NCBI GenBank assembly: GCA_963666315.2
Contig: CAXXHG010000038.1
Location: 32,001-96,000 of the forward strand
Direction: 5' to 3'
Origin: Candidatus Binatia bacterium
Lineage (GTDB): Bacteria > Desulfobacterota > Binatia > Bin18
DNA: 64,000 nucleotides
Within the stretch, counting starts at the first letter, position 1, and each line of letters opens with the position of its first letter. This document shows, piece by piece, positions 20,163 through 30,700 of this stretch. The position numbers and the translations under genes are program-made. The notes under the pieces were generated by a model. The model ran no database searches, was not told the DNA's origin, and worked only from the letters and a program-made list of their open reading frames with translations.

Positions 20163-22235
20163 ATGGAAAAGATGAGAGATCGGGTGTGTGTATTCTTTTT
20201 GGCCTTCTTTTTATATGGACTGCATGGCGCGCCTGTCCTTGGACAGACACCGCCCGAGCAGGCAGAGGCGCAACCCGAAGAGTCAAGCGGACAACACGCC
20301 CCGCAGACCCCGCAGTCTCAAATGGAAACGCTGCAGACAGCGCCGCTGTCCGCCAAATTGAACGAAGTGATAGTCACAGCAACCAAACTTGAAGAGCCGG
20401 TCGCACACACGACACACGCAGTGTCGGTTATCACTCAAGAAGAAATCGAGCAGCGGCAAACAACCGACGTCTTCGAGCAGCTTCGTGGTGTGCCCGGTTT
20501 CAATATTATCCAAACGGGCAGTCGCGGGGGGACGACGACGTTACAGTCGCGCGGGGGGGAGTCTGACTATAACTTAGTTTTGATCGACGGAGTGAAAGCC
20601 AACCTCGCGGGTGGGGCATTCAATTTCTCTAATCTGACAACGCTGGGTGTGAATCGGATTGAAATCGTACGTGGCTCGCAAAGCGCGCTGTATGGGTCGG
20701 ATGCTATGAGTTCCGTCATTCAGCTTTTTATACCGCGAGGGCAGGCCGCACCGCACGCCTATCTCCGTTTTCGTGGCGGCAACCATGGGACCCTTGAAGA
20801 GCAGGCCGGCGTGTCGGGCGGGACGAATGTCTACGGCTATAATCTCGCTGTAGAGCGCGTTGATAGTGAAGGCATACTGTCAAAAAACAGCGACTACAGT
20901 AATACGACCATTGCGTCGCGTTTTGATCTTGATCCGAGCGATACGCTGCAGCTCACCTCAACCTTGCGTTACAACGATAGCCGCTTTCACTTTCCGACCG
21001 GTGGAGCCGGCGACCGCTTTGATCCTCTTGATCCAGGCCAGTACCAAGATAGCCGCCGCCTGATCCTGGGCCCCAGAGCGGTCTATCAACCGACTTCGTG
21101 GTGGCGCCACAAGCTCCAGCTTGGAATATTGTATGAATGGCGTACGTTTCGTGATGCTTTTGATGGAGATGCCTTTGATCCTTTCGGTTCCTTTGTGAGC
21201 AACACGAGGGAGCGGCGCCTGTCGGCGGATTACTCATCTGATTTTTTTCTGCCTCCAGTTTGGGAGGTGCTGCCCACCTTTACGCTTGGCGGCTATATTG
21301 AGGACGAACATCTGAACCAAAAATCAAACGCAGCTGGATTTATTGACCGGGTTAGCCCGAGCAGGAATGCGCAGTCGTTCTATTCTCAATTGCTGTTGGA
21401 ATGGCGTGACATGCTCTTTATTACGTCTGGGTTTCGATTAGACGACGGGTCTACGTACGGCACGCATGTCAATCCGCGTGTCTCGGCTGCCTTTATTATT
21501 CCCGGACTCCGTACCAAGTTGCGCGCTGGATATAGCACGGGCCTGAAGGCTCCGACCTTTGTTGAGAACTTTGGAACCGGCAGCTCGTTCTTTCAGGGCG
21601 ACCCGAATCTTGACCCAGAAGAATCCAAAAGTTGGGAAATCGGAGCGGAGCAGCCGCTTGAGTTCGCCAATCTCGCCGCCGAGTTGAGCCTGACCTACTT
21701 CTCTACTGAATACAAAAATATGATCGCCTTTGTCTTTCAGGGCGGACCGGATTTCTTGAATATTCAGCGCGCCCGCAGCCGAGGCCTGGAAGTGGGCGTA
21801 CGCGCTTTTTTGAGTCACGGCTTTTCGGTGCGTGGCTCGTATACCTATTTAGAGACCAAGGTGCTTGATGCCGGAATGGCAGGCGGGCCAGCCTTTGTGA
21901 ACGGCGAATCCTTGGTGCGGCGGCCCGAACATGTGGGCTCGTTTACGCTGAACTATAGTCGCGACCGCTTGAATGCCAATTTCCATCTCTTTTTAAAAGG
22001 CCACGTGACTGATCTGGACTTTAGCCAAGACTTCTCTTCCCGTCGTATTCGACTAGGCGGTTATACGCGCGCAGACCTCGCGGTTGCCTATCGCCTGTTT
22101 GAGAATCGCTGGGGCATTCGGGCCTTGGTGTTGGAGGGCCAAGCCAAAAATCTGTTTGACGAAGACTATGAGGAAGTCTTTGGCTTTTCGTCAGCAGGTG
22201 CTACGTTCCTGGTTGGATTTCGGGCCGAATTCTAA
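20163..22235 (+). CDS. btuB: TonB-dependent receptor, probably the vitamin B12 receptor
   Basis: Signal peptide, EVIVTATK TonB box, plug RIEIVRGSQSALYGSDA, NPNLDPE-like GDPNLDPEES motif, C-terminal Phe; lies downstream of the B12 riboswitch. Confidence 0.85.
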   Translation: MEKMRDRVCVFFLAFFLYGLHGAPVLGQTPPEQAEAQPEESSGQHAPQTPQSQMETLQTAPLSAKLNEVIVTATKLEEPVAHTTHAVSVITQEEIEQRQTTDVFEQLRGVPGFNIIQTGSRGGTTTLQSRGGESDYNLVLIDGVKANLAGGAFNFSNLTTLGVNRIEIVRGSQSALYGSDAMSSVIQLFIPRGQAAPHAYLRFRGGNHGTLEEQAGVSGGTNVYGYNLAVERVDSEGILSKNSDYSNTTIASRFDLDPSDTLQLTSTLRYNDSRFHFPTGGAGDRFDPLDPGQYQDSRRLILGPRAVYQPTSWWRHKLQLGILYEWRTFRDAFDGDAFDPFGSFVSNTRERRLSADYSSDFFLPPVWEVLPTFTLGGYIEDEHLNQKSNAAGFIDRVSPSRNAQSFYSQLLLEWRDMLFITSGFRLDDGSTYGTHVNPRVSAAFIIPGLRTKLRAGYSTGLKAPTFVENFGTGSSFFQGDPNLDPEESKSWEIGAEQPLEFANLAAELSLTYFSTEYKNMIAFVFQGGPDFLNIQRARSRGLEVGVRAFLSHGFSVRGSYTYLETKVLDAGMAGGPAFVNGESLVRRPEHVGSFTLNYSRDRLNANFHLFLKGHVTDLDFSQDFSSRRIRLGGYTRADLAVAYRLFENRWGIRALVLEGQAKNLFDEDYEEVFGFSSAGATFLVGFRAEF

Positions 22236-22253
22236 GGACAGGTGTAGGAGCGC

Positions 22254-23351
22254 ATGGCTGTCATGGGCCGCGTGAGTTCATCATCCGAGTCCCTTTTGCT
22301 GTCGCATGAATCAGCCGCTGTCTGGAAAAAGAGCTGGCTGATTCCTCTGTTCGGCGTACTGCTGGTGGTTTCCATCGCCGTTGCTACGGCATTAGGCGCT
22401 GTGACCATTCCGCTACTCACAACAACGCGCTTGCTGACGTACGGGTTGTTGCAGCTGCCGATTGACGGGGATGAGCGGACTCTGGCAACGATTGTGTATT
22501 TGATTCGACTCCCGCGTGTTCTTGCTGCGGCTTTGGTGGGGGCCAGCCTTGCGCTGGCCGGGACCATGATGCAAGGGCTGTTTCGCAACCCGCTGGCTGA
22601 CGCTGGTCTCATCGGCGTGTCCAGCGGCGGCGCGCTGGGCGGGGCACTGGCGATTAGTTCAGGTTTTGCTATGGGGTCATCCTTCCTGCTCCCCTGCGCA
22701 ACATTCGCCGGCGCGCTTATCTCTGCCTTTGGCGTCTACCTTTTTGCCGCTCGCCAAGGCGAGACCTCGCTCACCAACCTCCTGCTGGTCGGGATCGCCC
22801 TGAACGCCATTTGGGGCTCGCTGACCACCTTGGTTCTAAGTTTCGCTCAGGACTATGAAATCTCCAGGCAGATTTTTTTCTGGCTGATGGGCGGCCTCGA
22901 CGGGCGCGGCTGGTCACATGTCCAGATGGTTTTCCCGTTTGTGGTGATCGGCTTTGTCCCAGCCTTTTTTTTGAGTCGTGACCTGAATGTTCTGCTGCTA
23001 GGCGAAGAAACGGCAATGAGCCTAGGGATCAATGTCGAGTATGCCAAACGACTCTTGCTCGTGTTCGCTTCCCTCCTCGCCGGGGCGGCTGTCGCCATCG
23101 CCGGGACCATAAGCTTTGTCGGCTTGGTGATTCCACATATAATGCGCCTTATCCTCGGTCCGAATCATCGTCTCCTTTTGCCTGGCGCAACGCTAGGCGG
23201 TGCCATATTCCTTGTCTGGTGCGATCTGTTTGCACGGATGGTCATTCCATCCGAGGAACTCCAGCTGGGTGTTATTACGGCCGTTGTCGGGGCGCCGCTC
23301 TTTTTACATCTCCTGCTCAGACAGGATAAAATTCAGCGTAATCCGGCATAA
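22254..23351 (+). CDS. btuC: FecCD/BtuC-family ABC permease
   Basis: IRLPRVL, QGLFRNPLA, FWLMGGL, ISFVGLVIPH. Confidence 0.85.
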   Translation: MAVMGRVSSSSESLLLSHESAAVWKKSWLIPLFGVLLVVSIAVATALGAVTIPLLTTTRLLTYGLLQLPIDGDERTLATIVYLIRLPRVLAAALVGASLALAGTMMQGLFRNPLADAGLIGVSSGGALGGALAISSGFAMGSSFLLPCATFAGALISAFGVYLFAARQGETSLTNLLLVGIALNAIWGSLTTLVLSFAQDYEISRQIFFWLMGGLDGRGWSHVQMVFPFVVIGFVPAFFLSRDLNVLLLGEETAMSLGINVEYAKRLLLVFASLLAGAAVAIAGTISFVGLVIPHIMRLILGPNHRLLLPGATLGGAIFLVWCDLFARMVIPSEELQLGVITAVVGAPLFLHLLLRQDKIQRNPA

Positions 23352-23356
23352 CGAAT

Positions 23357-24154
23357 ATGACCGATTTGGCCTTTTCACTCGATCAGGTGCGTTATACGCC
23401 AGATCATACGCTGATTCTGGACGATGTCAGTCTGGATGTTTCTCGCGGACACTGGGTCGGTATTCTGGGCCCGAATGGCGCAGGCAAATCGACGTTGCTG
23501 CGGATTATGGCCGGTGTGTTGCCTGCCTCGTCTGGTCTTGTTCTTTTCGAAGGTAAGGTTGTAGACCAATGGTCAACTCGTGAGCGGGCAAAGCAGCTGG
23601 CCTTACTGCCGCAGCGGACAGATCTCTCGTTTCCCTTTCGGGTGAGAGAAGTCGTTGCCATGGGCCGCACGCCGTATCTTGAGCGTTGGCAAAACGAAAG
23701 CAAGGCAGATGAACGGATAGTCGAGCAGACCATGGCGCTGACAGAAATCACTCGTCTTGCCGACCGGAATGTCATGACGCTGTCAGGCGGTGAATTTCAA
23801 CGGGTCATGCTGGCGCGGGCGCTCGCCCAGCAGCCGGCCTTTCTCTTATTGGACGAGCCGACAACAGGCCTGGACCTGCGTCACCAGTTTGAAGTAGTCG
23901 ATGTATTGACGACGCTGGTCCAGCAAGGCGTCACCATCATCACCGTGCTGCATGATCTCAACGTCGCCGCGTCTGCCTGCGTGTCGGTTGTGCTGCTCCA
24001 ATCCGGGCGGGTGTATGCGGCTGGGCCGCCGCAAGACGTCTTGACTGTTGAAGCCATTCGCGCTGTGTATGGGGTAGATGTTGTCTTAGGGGAAAACCCG
24101 GAGACCGGAGCACTACAAATTATTCCGCTGCGCGTTGCCCGGCCTACTGGCTAG
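23357..24154 (+). CDS. btuD: ABC transporter ATP-binding subunit (BtuD/FepC-like)
   Basis: GPNGAGKST, LSGGEFQR, LLDEPT, VLHDLN. Confidence 0.85.
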   Translation: MTDLAFSLDQVRYTPDHTLILDDVSLDVSRGHWVGILGPNGAGKSTLLRIMAGVLPASSGLVLFEGKVVDQWSTRERAKQLALLPQRTDLSFPFRVREVVAMGRTPYLERWQNESKADERIVEQTMALTEITRLADRNVMTLSGGEFQRVMLARALAQQPAFLLLDEPTTGLDLRHQFEVVDVLTTLVQQGVTIITVLHDLNVAASACVSVVLLQSGRVYAAGPPQDVLTVEAIRAVYGVDVVLGENPETGALQIIPLRVARPTG

Positions 24155-24162
24155 ACCTATGT

Positions 24163-24711
24163 ATGGCTCACATTTCGACCGTATCCAACCTTGACGGCAG
24201 CACAACCGAGTACACGGATATTGCCGTTGAGCCCGGCCGTTTAGAGCGGCTCTTGCGCGAACTGTTTGAAGTACATTGGCAGCAGATCGTTTTTGGACCG
24301 TGCATTCAGGGCGCGGTATTTGAAATCCGGCTTACCGCGCAACCAAAAAAAGTGGCTATGCTTGATGGCTATCTCACTGTTGATGCAGGCGCGTGGCATT
24401 TTCATCTGTGCATAGCTGAGCACAATGACGTGCCTGTGCCCGAACTTGCCCAGCAGCGGCAAGTCTCTCGGGCCGCCTTTTTCCAGGACGTTCGTGCCAC
24501 CGGCCATGTCAAAGGCAGTTGGGGCCTGCGGCTGTGGAACGGCTTAGACGAGCAGATGATTACCGTCTTTTTCCCTAATCCGTATCTGACCGAGAAACAG
24601 CAAATACGACGTACTCCCGACTGGAGCCGGCTGGAGCTATGGCAGCAACTCCGACAGAAGTATACCGGCATGGAAGCGAGGGCAGCGCATGATGGACACT
24701 CCCCCGCCTGA
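24163..24711 (+). CDS. Conserved hypothetical protein, possibly HemS/ChuX-like fold
   Basis: Co-operonic (8 bp gap); FGPCIQGAVFEI, WHFHLCIAEH, SWGLRLWNG..EQMITVFFPNP. Confidence 0.7.
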   Translation: MAHISTVSNLDGSTTEYTDIAVEPGRLERLLRELFEVHWQQIVFGPCIQGAVFEIRLTAQPKKVAMLDGYLTVDAGAWHFHLCIAEHNDVPVPELAQQRQVSRAAFFQDVRATGHVKGSWGLRLWNGLDEQMITVFFPNPYLTEKQQIRRTPDWSRLELWQQLRQKYTGMEARAAHDGHSPA

Positions 24712-25237
24712 CAAGCTCGTTCACGGCCCAAAAGAACAGGATCCGCGTTTGCAACGCCTTGGGTTTCTGATCGGCCACTTTCAGGGTGAAGGCAAGTATC
24801 TGAAAGGAAGCCGACAATTCCAAAAGGACGTCGTCGGCGCGTGGCAAGCTGGTGGACAATTTCTCTCGCTGCGCATGCGTGTCGCCTATCCGCTGAAAGA
24901 CGGGCGGGTGGACGTACATGACGCCTTTGTCGTGGTTGGGCTCAATCCAGCCAACAAACAACTAGAAGCCCGCGCATACACAGACAGTGGCGGGATGATC
25001 GACTACCAGCTTGAGGTGGTAGGACAAGAGATATTTTTTCCTGACCGTCCACCCGGACATCAATCTCAAACTAAAACCCTGCGGGCGCGCGAACAGCGGG
25101 CGCGCAAGGTGCTGTGTCCGCATGAGAACGGCTTTGAAGAGCGGCTGGAGGTGGATTTCGGGACCGGGGACTATGAACCGTATTCTCGCATCATCATGAT
25201 CAAAGAAGAGGGTTCCGTGGTGAGTCCCCAGACTTGA
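24689..25237 (+). CDS. Hypothetical beta-barrel protein (nitrobindin/DUF1579-like)
   Basis: Overlaps the upstream gene; LQRLGFLIGHFQGEG resembles the calycin/nitrobindin L..L..L.G.W.G.G start. Confidence 0.6.
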   Translation: MMDTPPPDKLVHGPKEQDPRLQRLGFLIGHFQGEGKYLKGSRQFQKDVVGAWQAGGQFLSLRMRVAYPLKDGRVDVHDAFVVVGLNPANKQLEARAYTDSGGMIDYQLEVVGQEIFFPDRPPGHQSQTKTLRAREQRARKVLCPHENGFEERLEVDFGTGDYEPYSRIIMIKEEGSVVSPQT

Positions 25238-25521
25238 TCGCTTGAGACCGAGTCTGGGGACTTTGCTGTACGTGTATGCCCTCGGGCCTTTGCTTCAGCC
25301 TGGAGCGTCTCCCCAGCAAAATCCGAGAGGGTGCTTCGCAGGATTCTTTTAAAACTCTTGGCAGGGCTTTTCAGCTGAGGGGCACTTGCCCGTCTTGGCC
25401 GGACTGGTAGTTGATATGGGCAAGTCGGGCGGCCGTCTCGGTTGTCCGCTATCCAAGCTGTTATGATAGGACGCATCACGTACGGAAAAGAGTCTGGTGC
25501 ACGAGTCGGAAAGGGGAGCTG

Positions 25522-26022
25522 ATGTTACGTCAACGAACAATTTACACCTGTCTGGCCTGCCTTGGTCTGTTTATCGTGGTCGCCGGATGTAGCCCAGCAC
25601 CAGCACAGGACGCGCAATCCAAACTGGCTGCATGGAATGTAGAATATAGTCCGGAGGCATTGCGCAGCCGGGCGGCGGTGGGCGATTTGACAGCCGTGCA
25701 GCTCCTGCTAGAAATCGGCATAGATTTTGATGCTAAGGACCAGCGTGGGGGAACCGCACTCCGCTACGCGGTTACGGGTGGACATCTCGAAATCGTGAGC
25801 GCTCTGCTCGAAGCTGGTGCGGATGTCAATGTTGAAGATAATGATGGTTACACTCCGCTGCGTTATGCGGCCTATAATAATCAGCCGAAAATAGCCGCAG
25901 CGTTATTAGAAAAAGGGGCGGATGTGAACGGTGGCAGCGCAGACGGCTGGACCCCTGAGGCTGTAGCCACGGGCAAAGGTTATCTTGCCGTCGTTCGACT
26001 GCTCAAAGACGCCCAACCGTAA
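25522..26022 (+). CDS. Ankyrin-repeat lipoprotein
   Basis: Lipobox VVAGC; repeats GGTALRYAV..GH, GYTPLRYAA, GWTPEAVA..KG. Confidence 0.88.
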   Translation: MLRQRTIYTCLACLGLFIVVAGCSPAPAQDAQSKLAAWNVEYSPEALRSRAAVGDLTAVQLLLEIGIDFDAKDQRGGTALRYAVTGGHLEIVSALLEAGADVNVEDNDGYTPLRYAAYNNQPKIAAALLEKGADVNGGSADGWTPEAVATGKGYLAVVRLLKDAQP

Positions 26023-26124
26023 GGCGTATTCCTGACTCGACGCTCGTGTTGAGATGCTGCGCCCGGGTGTCTCAATTTCTTTCTTGTCATTTTTCACTCC
26101 TGGCGGGGCAATGGTCTATCCCGT

Positions 26125-27159
26125 ATGAATCTCGCAAAACGTGAGCAACGTATTCAGACCGTTTGCCTGCTTATTCTGAGCACTGTTGCGGTAGCGGCCG
26201 CCCTGTACTGGCTACGCCCGGTCCTCGTCCCCTTTGTCTTCGCTGTTTTTATTGCCTACGGTTTATTGCCGCTCATTGAACTGCAGGTCCGGCAACTCCA
26301 CCTGCCACGTCCTGTGGCCGTGTGCTCGACGCTCGTCCTCGGCGGAGTCGTCCTGAGTGGCCTCGGCCTGTTGGTCTCCACCTCGGTGAGCCAGTTGCAG
26401 GACAATGCCGATGCCTATCAAGGCCAAATCGAAATATTCGTTGAAAGAATTTCAGCTGTGTTACCCATCGGGAATATGTTGACTAATGGACATCTGCTCA
26501 CACAGCTGTCGATCGGAAACGTCAGCAGTATATTGCTCAACACAACCAACGCCGTTGTTGGGATTTTGTCTCAGGGGCTGCTGGTCCTGATCTTTGTCCT
26601 GTACCTGCTCTTGGGTGGCGCCAGCCGAGAAGAAACAATAAGTGCTGCGTGGACGGATATTGAATCCAAGATTCAGCACTATATTGTGACCAAGGGAATC
26701 ATTTCGCTTGCGACGGGAGGTTTGGTCGGCCTTACGCTGGCAGTCCTCGGTATTGATCTGGCTCTGGTCTTTGGTCTGTTAGCCTTTTTGCTTAATTTTA
26801 TCCCGAGTGTGGGATCAATTATTGCGACTCTACTACCGCTGCCGGTTGTCGTCGTGAGTCCCGATATTTCGGCTACTACCGCGACCCTGGCCATCGTCCT
26901 GCCCGGGCTTATTCAATTTGCCATCGGTAATGTCATTGAGCCTAAGGTCATGGGTGAGGCGCTCGACCTTCACCCAATAGTGATACTTATGGCCCTTATC
27001 GTGTGGGGCATGTTGTGGGGCATCGTCGGTATGCTGTTGGCGACCCCCATGACTGCAATCCTCAAGATCTTGTTTGAGAGGCTGGAACCCATGGCTCCGG
27101 TTGCGCAGGTGCTGGCCGGTCGGCTGGATCGGCTCAAAGCGGAGAATAGAGATGTGTGA
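26125..27159 (+). CDS. AI-2E family transporter
   Basis: LLNFIPSVGSII, GNVIEPKVMG..LDLHP, WGIVGMLLATP. Confidence 0.9.
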   Translation: MNLAKREQRIQTVCLLILSTVAVAAALYWLRPVLVPFVFAVFIAYGLLPLIELQVRQLHLPRPVAVCSTLVLGGVVLSGLGLLVSTSVSQLQDNADAYQGQIEIFVERISAVLPIGNMLTNGHLLTQLSIGNVSSILLNTTNAVVGILSQGLLVLIFVLYLLLGGASREETISAAWTDIESKIQHYIVTKGIISLATGGLVGLTLAVLGIDLALVFGLLAFLLNFIPSVGSIIATLLPLPVVVVSPDISATTATLAIVLPGLIQFAIGNVIEPKVMGEALDLHPIVILMALIVWGMLWGIVGMLLATPMTAILKILFERLEPMAPVAQVLAGRLDRLKAENRDV

Positions 27160-27241
27160 TCCGTCCTCCTCATCGAGGACATGGAGGATACGGAAGACGC
27201 TCTAGAGTTAGCGTCTCCGGTGAGCAGAGAGAAGACGGAGA

Positions 27242-27404
27242 ATGAAGAAGCGATTGACGGAGGAGCAGATCATCGGGATTCTGCAGGAGACGGAAGCGGG
27301 GGCGAACGTAGTAGCGGTCTGTCGGCGACATTAGATCAGTAACGCGACCTTTTTTTAGTGAGACCAGAAGTATGGTGGTCTAGAGTTCACACAGCTCAAG
27401 CGGA
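27242..27404 (+). mobile_element. IS3-family orfA remnant
   Basis: Translates MKKRLTEEQIIGILQETEAGANVVAVCRRH*ISNATFF**DQKYGGLE..QLKR, an IS3/IS407-type HTH with three stops. Confidence 0.8.
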
Positions 27405-27684
27405 CTTTCTGGTCGACAGCCGTGTCCGACAGTTCATCTGAAGTTTATATAATCCTTGCTTGCCCGCTCTGCTCTGCCCATCCAGCTAATACTTGCAGCT
27501 AGCTCTTGACCTCAACACACGCTAAGACTGGGGCCTATGAAAGTCAATCGTGCTTCAGCTACAGCACTCCGCCTGGCCCCTTTGCATGCTCCCGTCTTGG
27601 TAACAATCAACGAGAATCGCACGAATCGCGCGACCGTGTTAGCGATGCGGGTCGATGAATTGTTCTGCTTGCAAACCCTGTTGA

Positions 27685-27722
27685 CAACGCGGACGTCGTT
27701 AGGCAACGCGGACGTCGTTAGG
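27685..27722. repeat. Perfect 19-bp tandem duplication
   Basis: caacgcggacgtcgttagg x2 (27685-27703, 27704-27722). Confidence 0.95.
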
Positions 27723-27786
27723 ACAGGCAGTGTTATCAGTCTTTCGTGGTGCAGTGCTGGAGTAGCACCCCAAAAAGGACGACCGC

Positions 27787-30700
27787 ATGCATGCGCACAG
27801 CGGACTCATCCGCTATAGTCCAGCTGATCTCGTCGAGTTTCTGGCCTCGCCGTTTGCGACCTGGATGTCGCGTTTCGCGCTTGATCGCCCGGACCGGGTC
27901 CAACCCGATCCCGACCCGCCGGCATTGACCGTACTGGCAGAACGCGGGCGACAGCATGAGCAGGCCTGCGTGGAGCAATTCCGACAGGCAGGACGAGATA
28001 TTTATGTGCCGCCTGAAGGCGCAGCGCGGACGAGTGCAACAGTGGCGGCGATGCGATCCGGCCGAGAAATTATTCATCAGGGTCGTCTCGCCTACGATGC
28101 GGTTCGCTGCTCTTTCATAGGCCAGCCAGATTTTTTGGTTCGTACGGAAGGCGTATCTGACTTGGGGGATTATCACTACGAGGTGTGGGACGCCAAGTTG
28201 GCTCATCACCCTAGCCCTGCCTTCTTGATCCAGTTGTGTTGCTACGCCGATCTCTTGACCATCGTTCAGGCCAGACTGCCAGGCTCTGTCTGCCTGTTGC
28301 TCGGGTCTGGAGAACAGCCTCGTTTTCGGACCGCTGATTATATCTATTACTACCGTGCTCTCAAACACAGCTTTCTTGAGTTCCTGCAGCACTTTGAGCT
28401 AGAGCACCGGCCAGCGCCTGAGTTGGGAGGAAGTTATGGACGCTGGTCTACCACTGCGGCCAAGCTGTTGGGTGCGGCCGACCATCTGAGTCGGGTTGCT
28501 AATATTACGGTGAGCCAGATCAAAAAACTTGGCGCTGCCGGGATAACCACCCTCCAGGCGCTGGCCGAGACCCGGCTCGCACACATACCGAAACTCGACG
28601 ATACCGTCTTTGCTCGGCTTAAAGAGCAAGCCCACTTACAGCTGGTTTCAACCGATACCGAACGCCCAACGTACCGTATTCTGATTCCCCAGTCCTCAGA
28701 GCCTCGCCGAGGACTGGGGCTTCTCCCTCCGGCCTCAGCCGGCGACGTGTTTTTTGACATGGAAGGTTATCCGCTCGTAGAGGGTGGGCTTGAATATCTG
28801 TTCGGTGCCGTTTCGATTCAGCATGATGCCGTCACGTTTCATGACTGGTGGGCACATAACGCTGACGAAGAGCGCCGCGCGTTCAGCGCTTATGTGGACT
28901 GGGTATATGCCCGCTGGCAGGCCGACCCGAGCATGCATATTTATCATTACGCCAATTATGAAATCGCTGCGCTGCGCCGACTAATGGGACGCTACGGGAC
29001 ACGCGAAGCTGAAGTCGACACGTTGCTGCGGTCTGAGGTCTTTGTTGATCTGTATACTATCGTTCAACACGGCCTACGCGTTGGCGAACCGCACTATTCG
29101 ATTAAGAATCTCGAACATTTATATCGTCCGCAACGCTCTGGAGAAGTCACTAGTGCGGTTGACTCCATTGTTGCTTATACGCGTTGGGTGGAGAGTGGAA
29201 AGCCTGCCGACTGGTCGGCATCGCCCTTGCTCCAGGCGATCCGTGTCTATAACCGGGATGATTGTGAATCAACCTGGCAGCTGGCTGCGTGGCTGCGCGA
29301 GCGTCAGCACGAGGCTAGTATCGCCTGGATGCCGAAACACGAGAATCAAGGCGAGGGGGCGGCCGAGGGAGTGGATGAGGCAGATCTGCTTGGCGATCTC
29401 GCGTCGCCGCACGCGCTTGCGCAGACGCTGATCGAAGAGATCCCCCCCGCACTGGAACGCGCAACACATGCCGAGCATTGGCATACACAAGAGCTGCTCG
29501 GACATATGCTGGAATTTCACCGACGAGAAGAAAAACCTGGCTGGTGGGCGATGTTTGATCGTCACGCTATGACCGAGACGGAGTTGGTCGAGGATATCAA
29601 CTGCCTGGGTGGACTGGCCCGGCTGTCACAACCGCCGGAGCAGATCAAACGTTCCCAAGGATTTTGGTATGGCTTTGATCCGAATCAAGACACCAAGCTG
29701 GACACGGGAGCGTCGTGCTATTTTGCGCATGATCTCGGTATCAGAGTGCCGATTCATGTGCTTGACCGAGAGCGGGGGCGTATCTGTCTGAAGTTTGGCC
29801 CAGGTAAACTGAAACAATTCCCGCATGGCACGCCGCCCGACCGGCTGGCGCTGATTCCAGATGAACACGTCTCAGCCAAGGTGATTGAACGAGCGGTCTT
29901 GGCAGTCGCTTTGGCCTGGCAGGAAAAACACGATTTGTCGCCGGCGCTCCAAGACTTTGTCCTGCGTCGTCCGCCACGTTTGACCCAGGAGGGGCTACTC
30001 TCCAGTCAGTCTTCTGCTGATGAGCTAACGCATGAGCTTGTCGCACCAGACGAGGATCTAGTTGATGCCGCAACTCGGCTTGCTGTGTCTCTGGATCACT
30101 CAACCTTGTGTGTGCAGGGGCCGCCGGGCAGTGGCAAAACAACCACCGCTGCGCGCATGATCCTTGCTTTGTTGGATCGCGGCAAGCGCGTTGGGATTAC
30201 GGCCAATAGTCATGCTGCCATCCTGAACCTGATGCGCAAATGTAAAGAGCTACGGGCCGGACGTCTGGCATGTGTAAAAATCGGCGGATCGGAGGAAGAC
30301 GGGTTTTTTGAACTATGTCCGGAAGCACTGTATGCCCAACGAGTCAGGGACGCGCTGCCACGACTCGACCAGATTCAGCTCGTGGGTGGGACGGCTTGGG
30401 CTTTTAGCGACCCCGGCATGCGGGGCAGCCTGGAGTATTTATTTGTTGACGAGGCCGGCCAGGTTGCGGTCGCCAACCTGATGGGCATGGCCGCAGCGAC
30501 CGACAACATCATTCTTGTTGGCGATCAGATGCAGCTCGGCCAGCCCATCCAAGGTTCTCATCCGGGAGAGAGTGGCTTGTCCATCCTCGAATACTTACTC
30601 CAGGGCAGGGCCACCATTCCGGCCGATATGGGGCTCTTTTTAGGCACGACGTGGCGACTCCATCCCAAGGTGTGTCATTTTCTCTCTGATGCCGTGTATG

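Noticed and set aside
27685-27722. Repeat as a CRISPR array
   Set aside because: Only two adjacent 19-bp units with no spacer and no cas genes; no CRISPR array was seen anywhere in the window.
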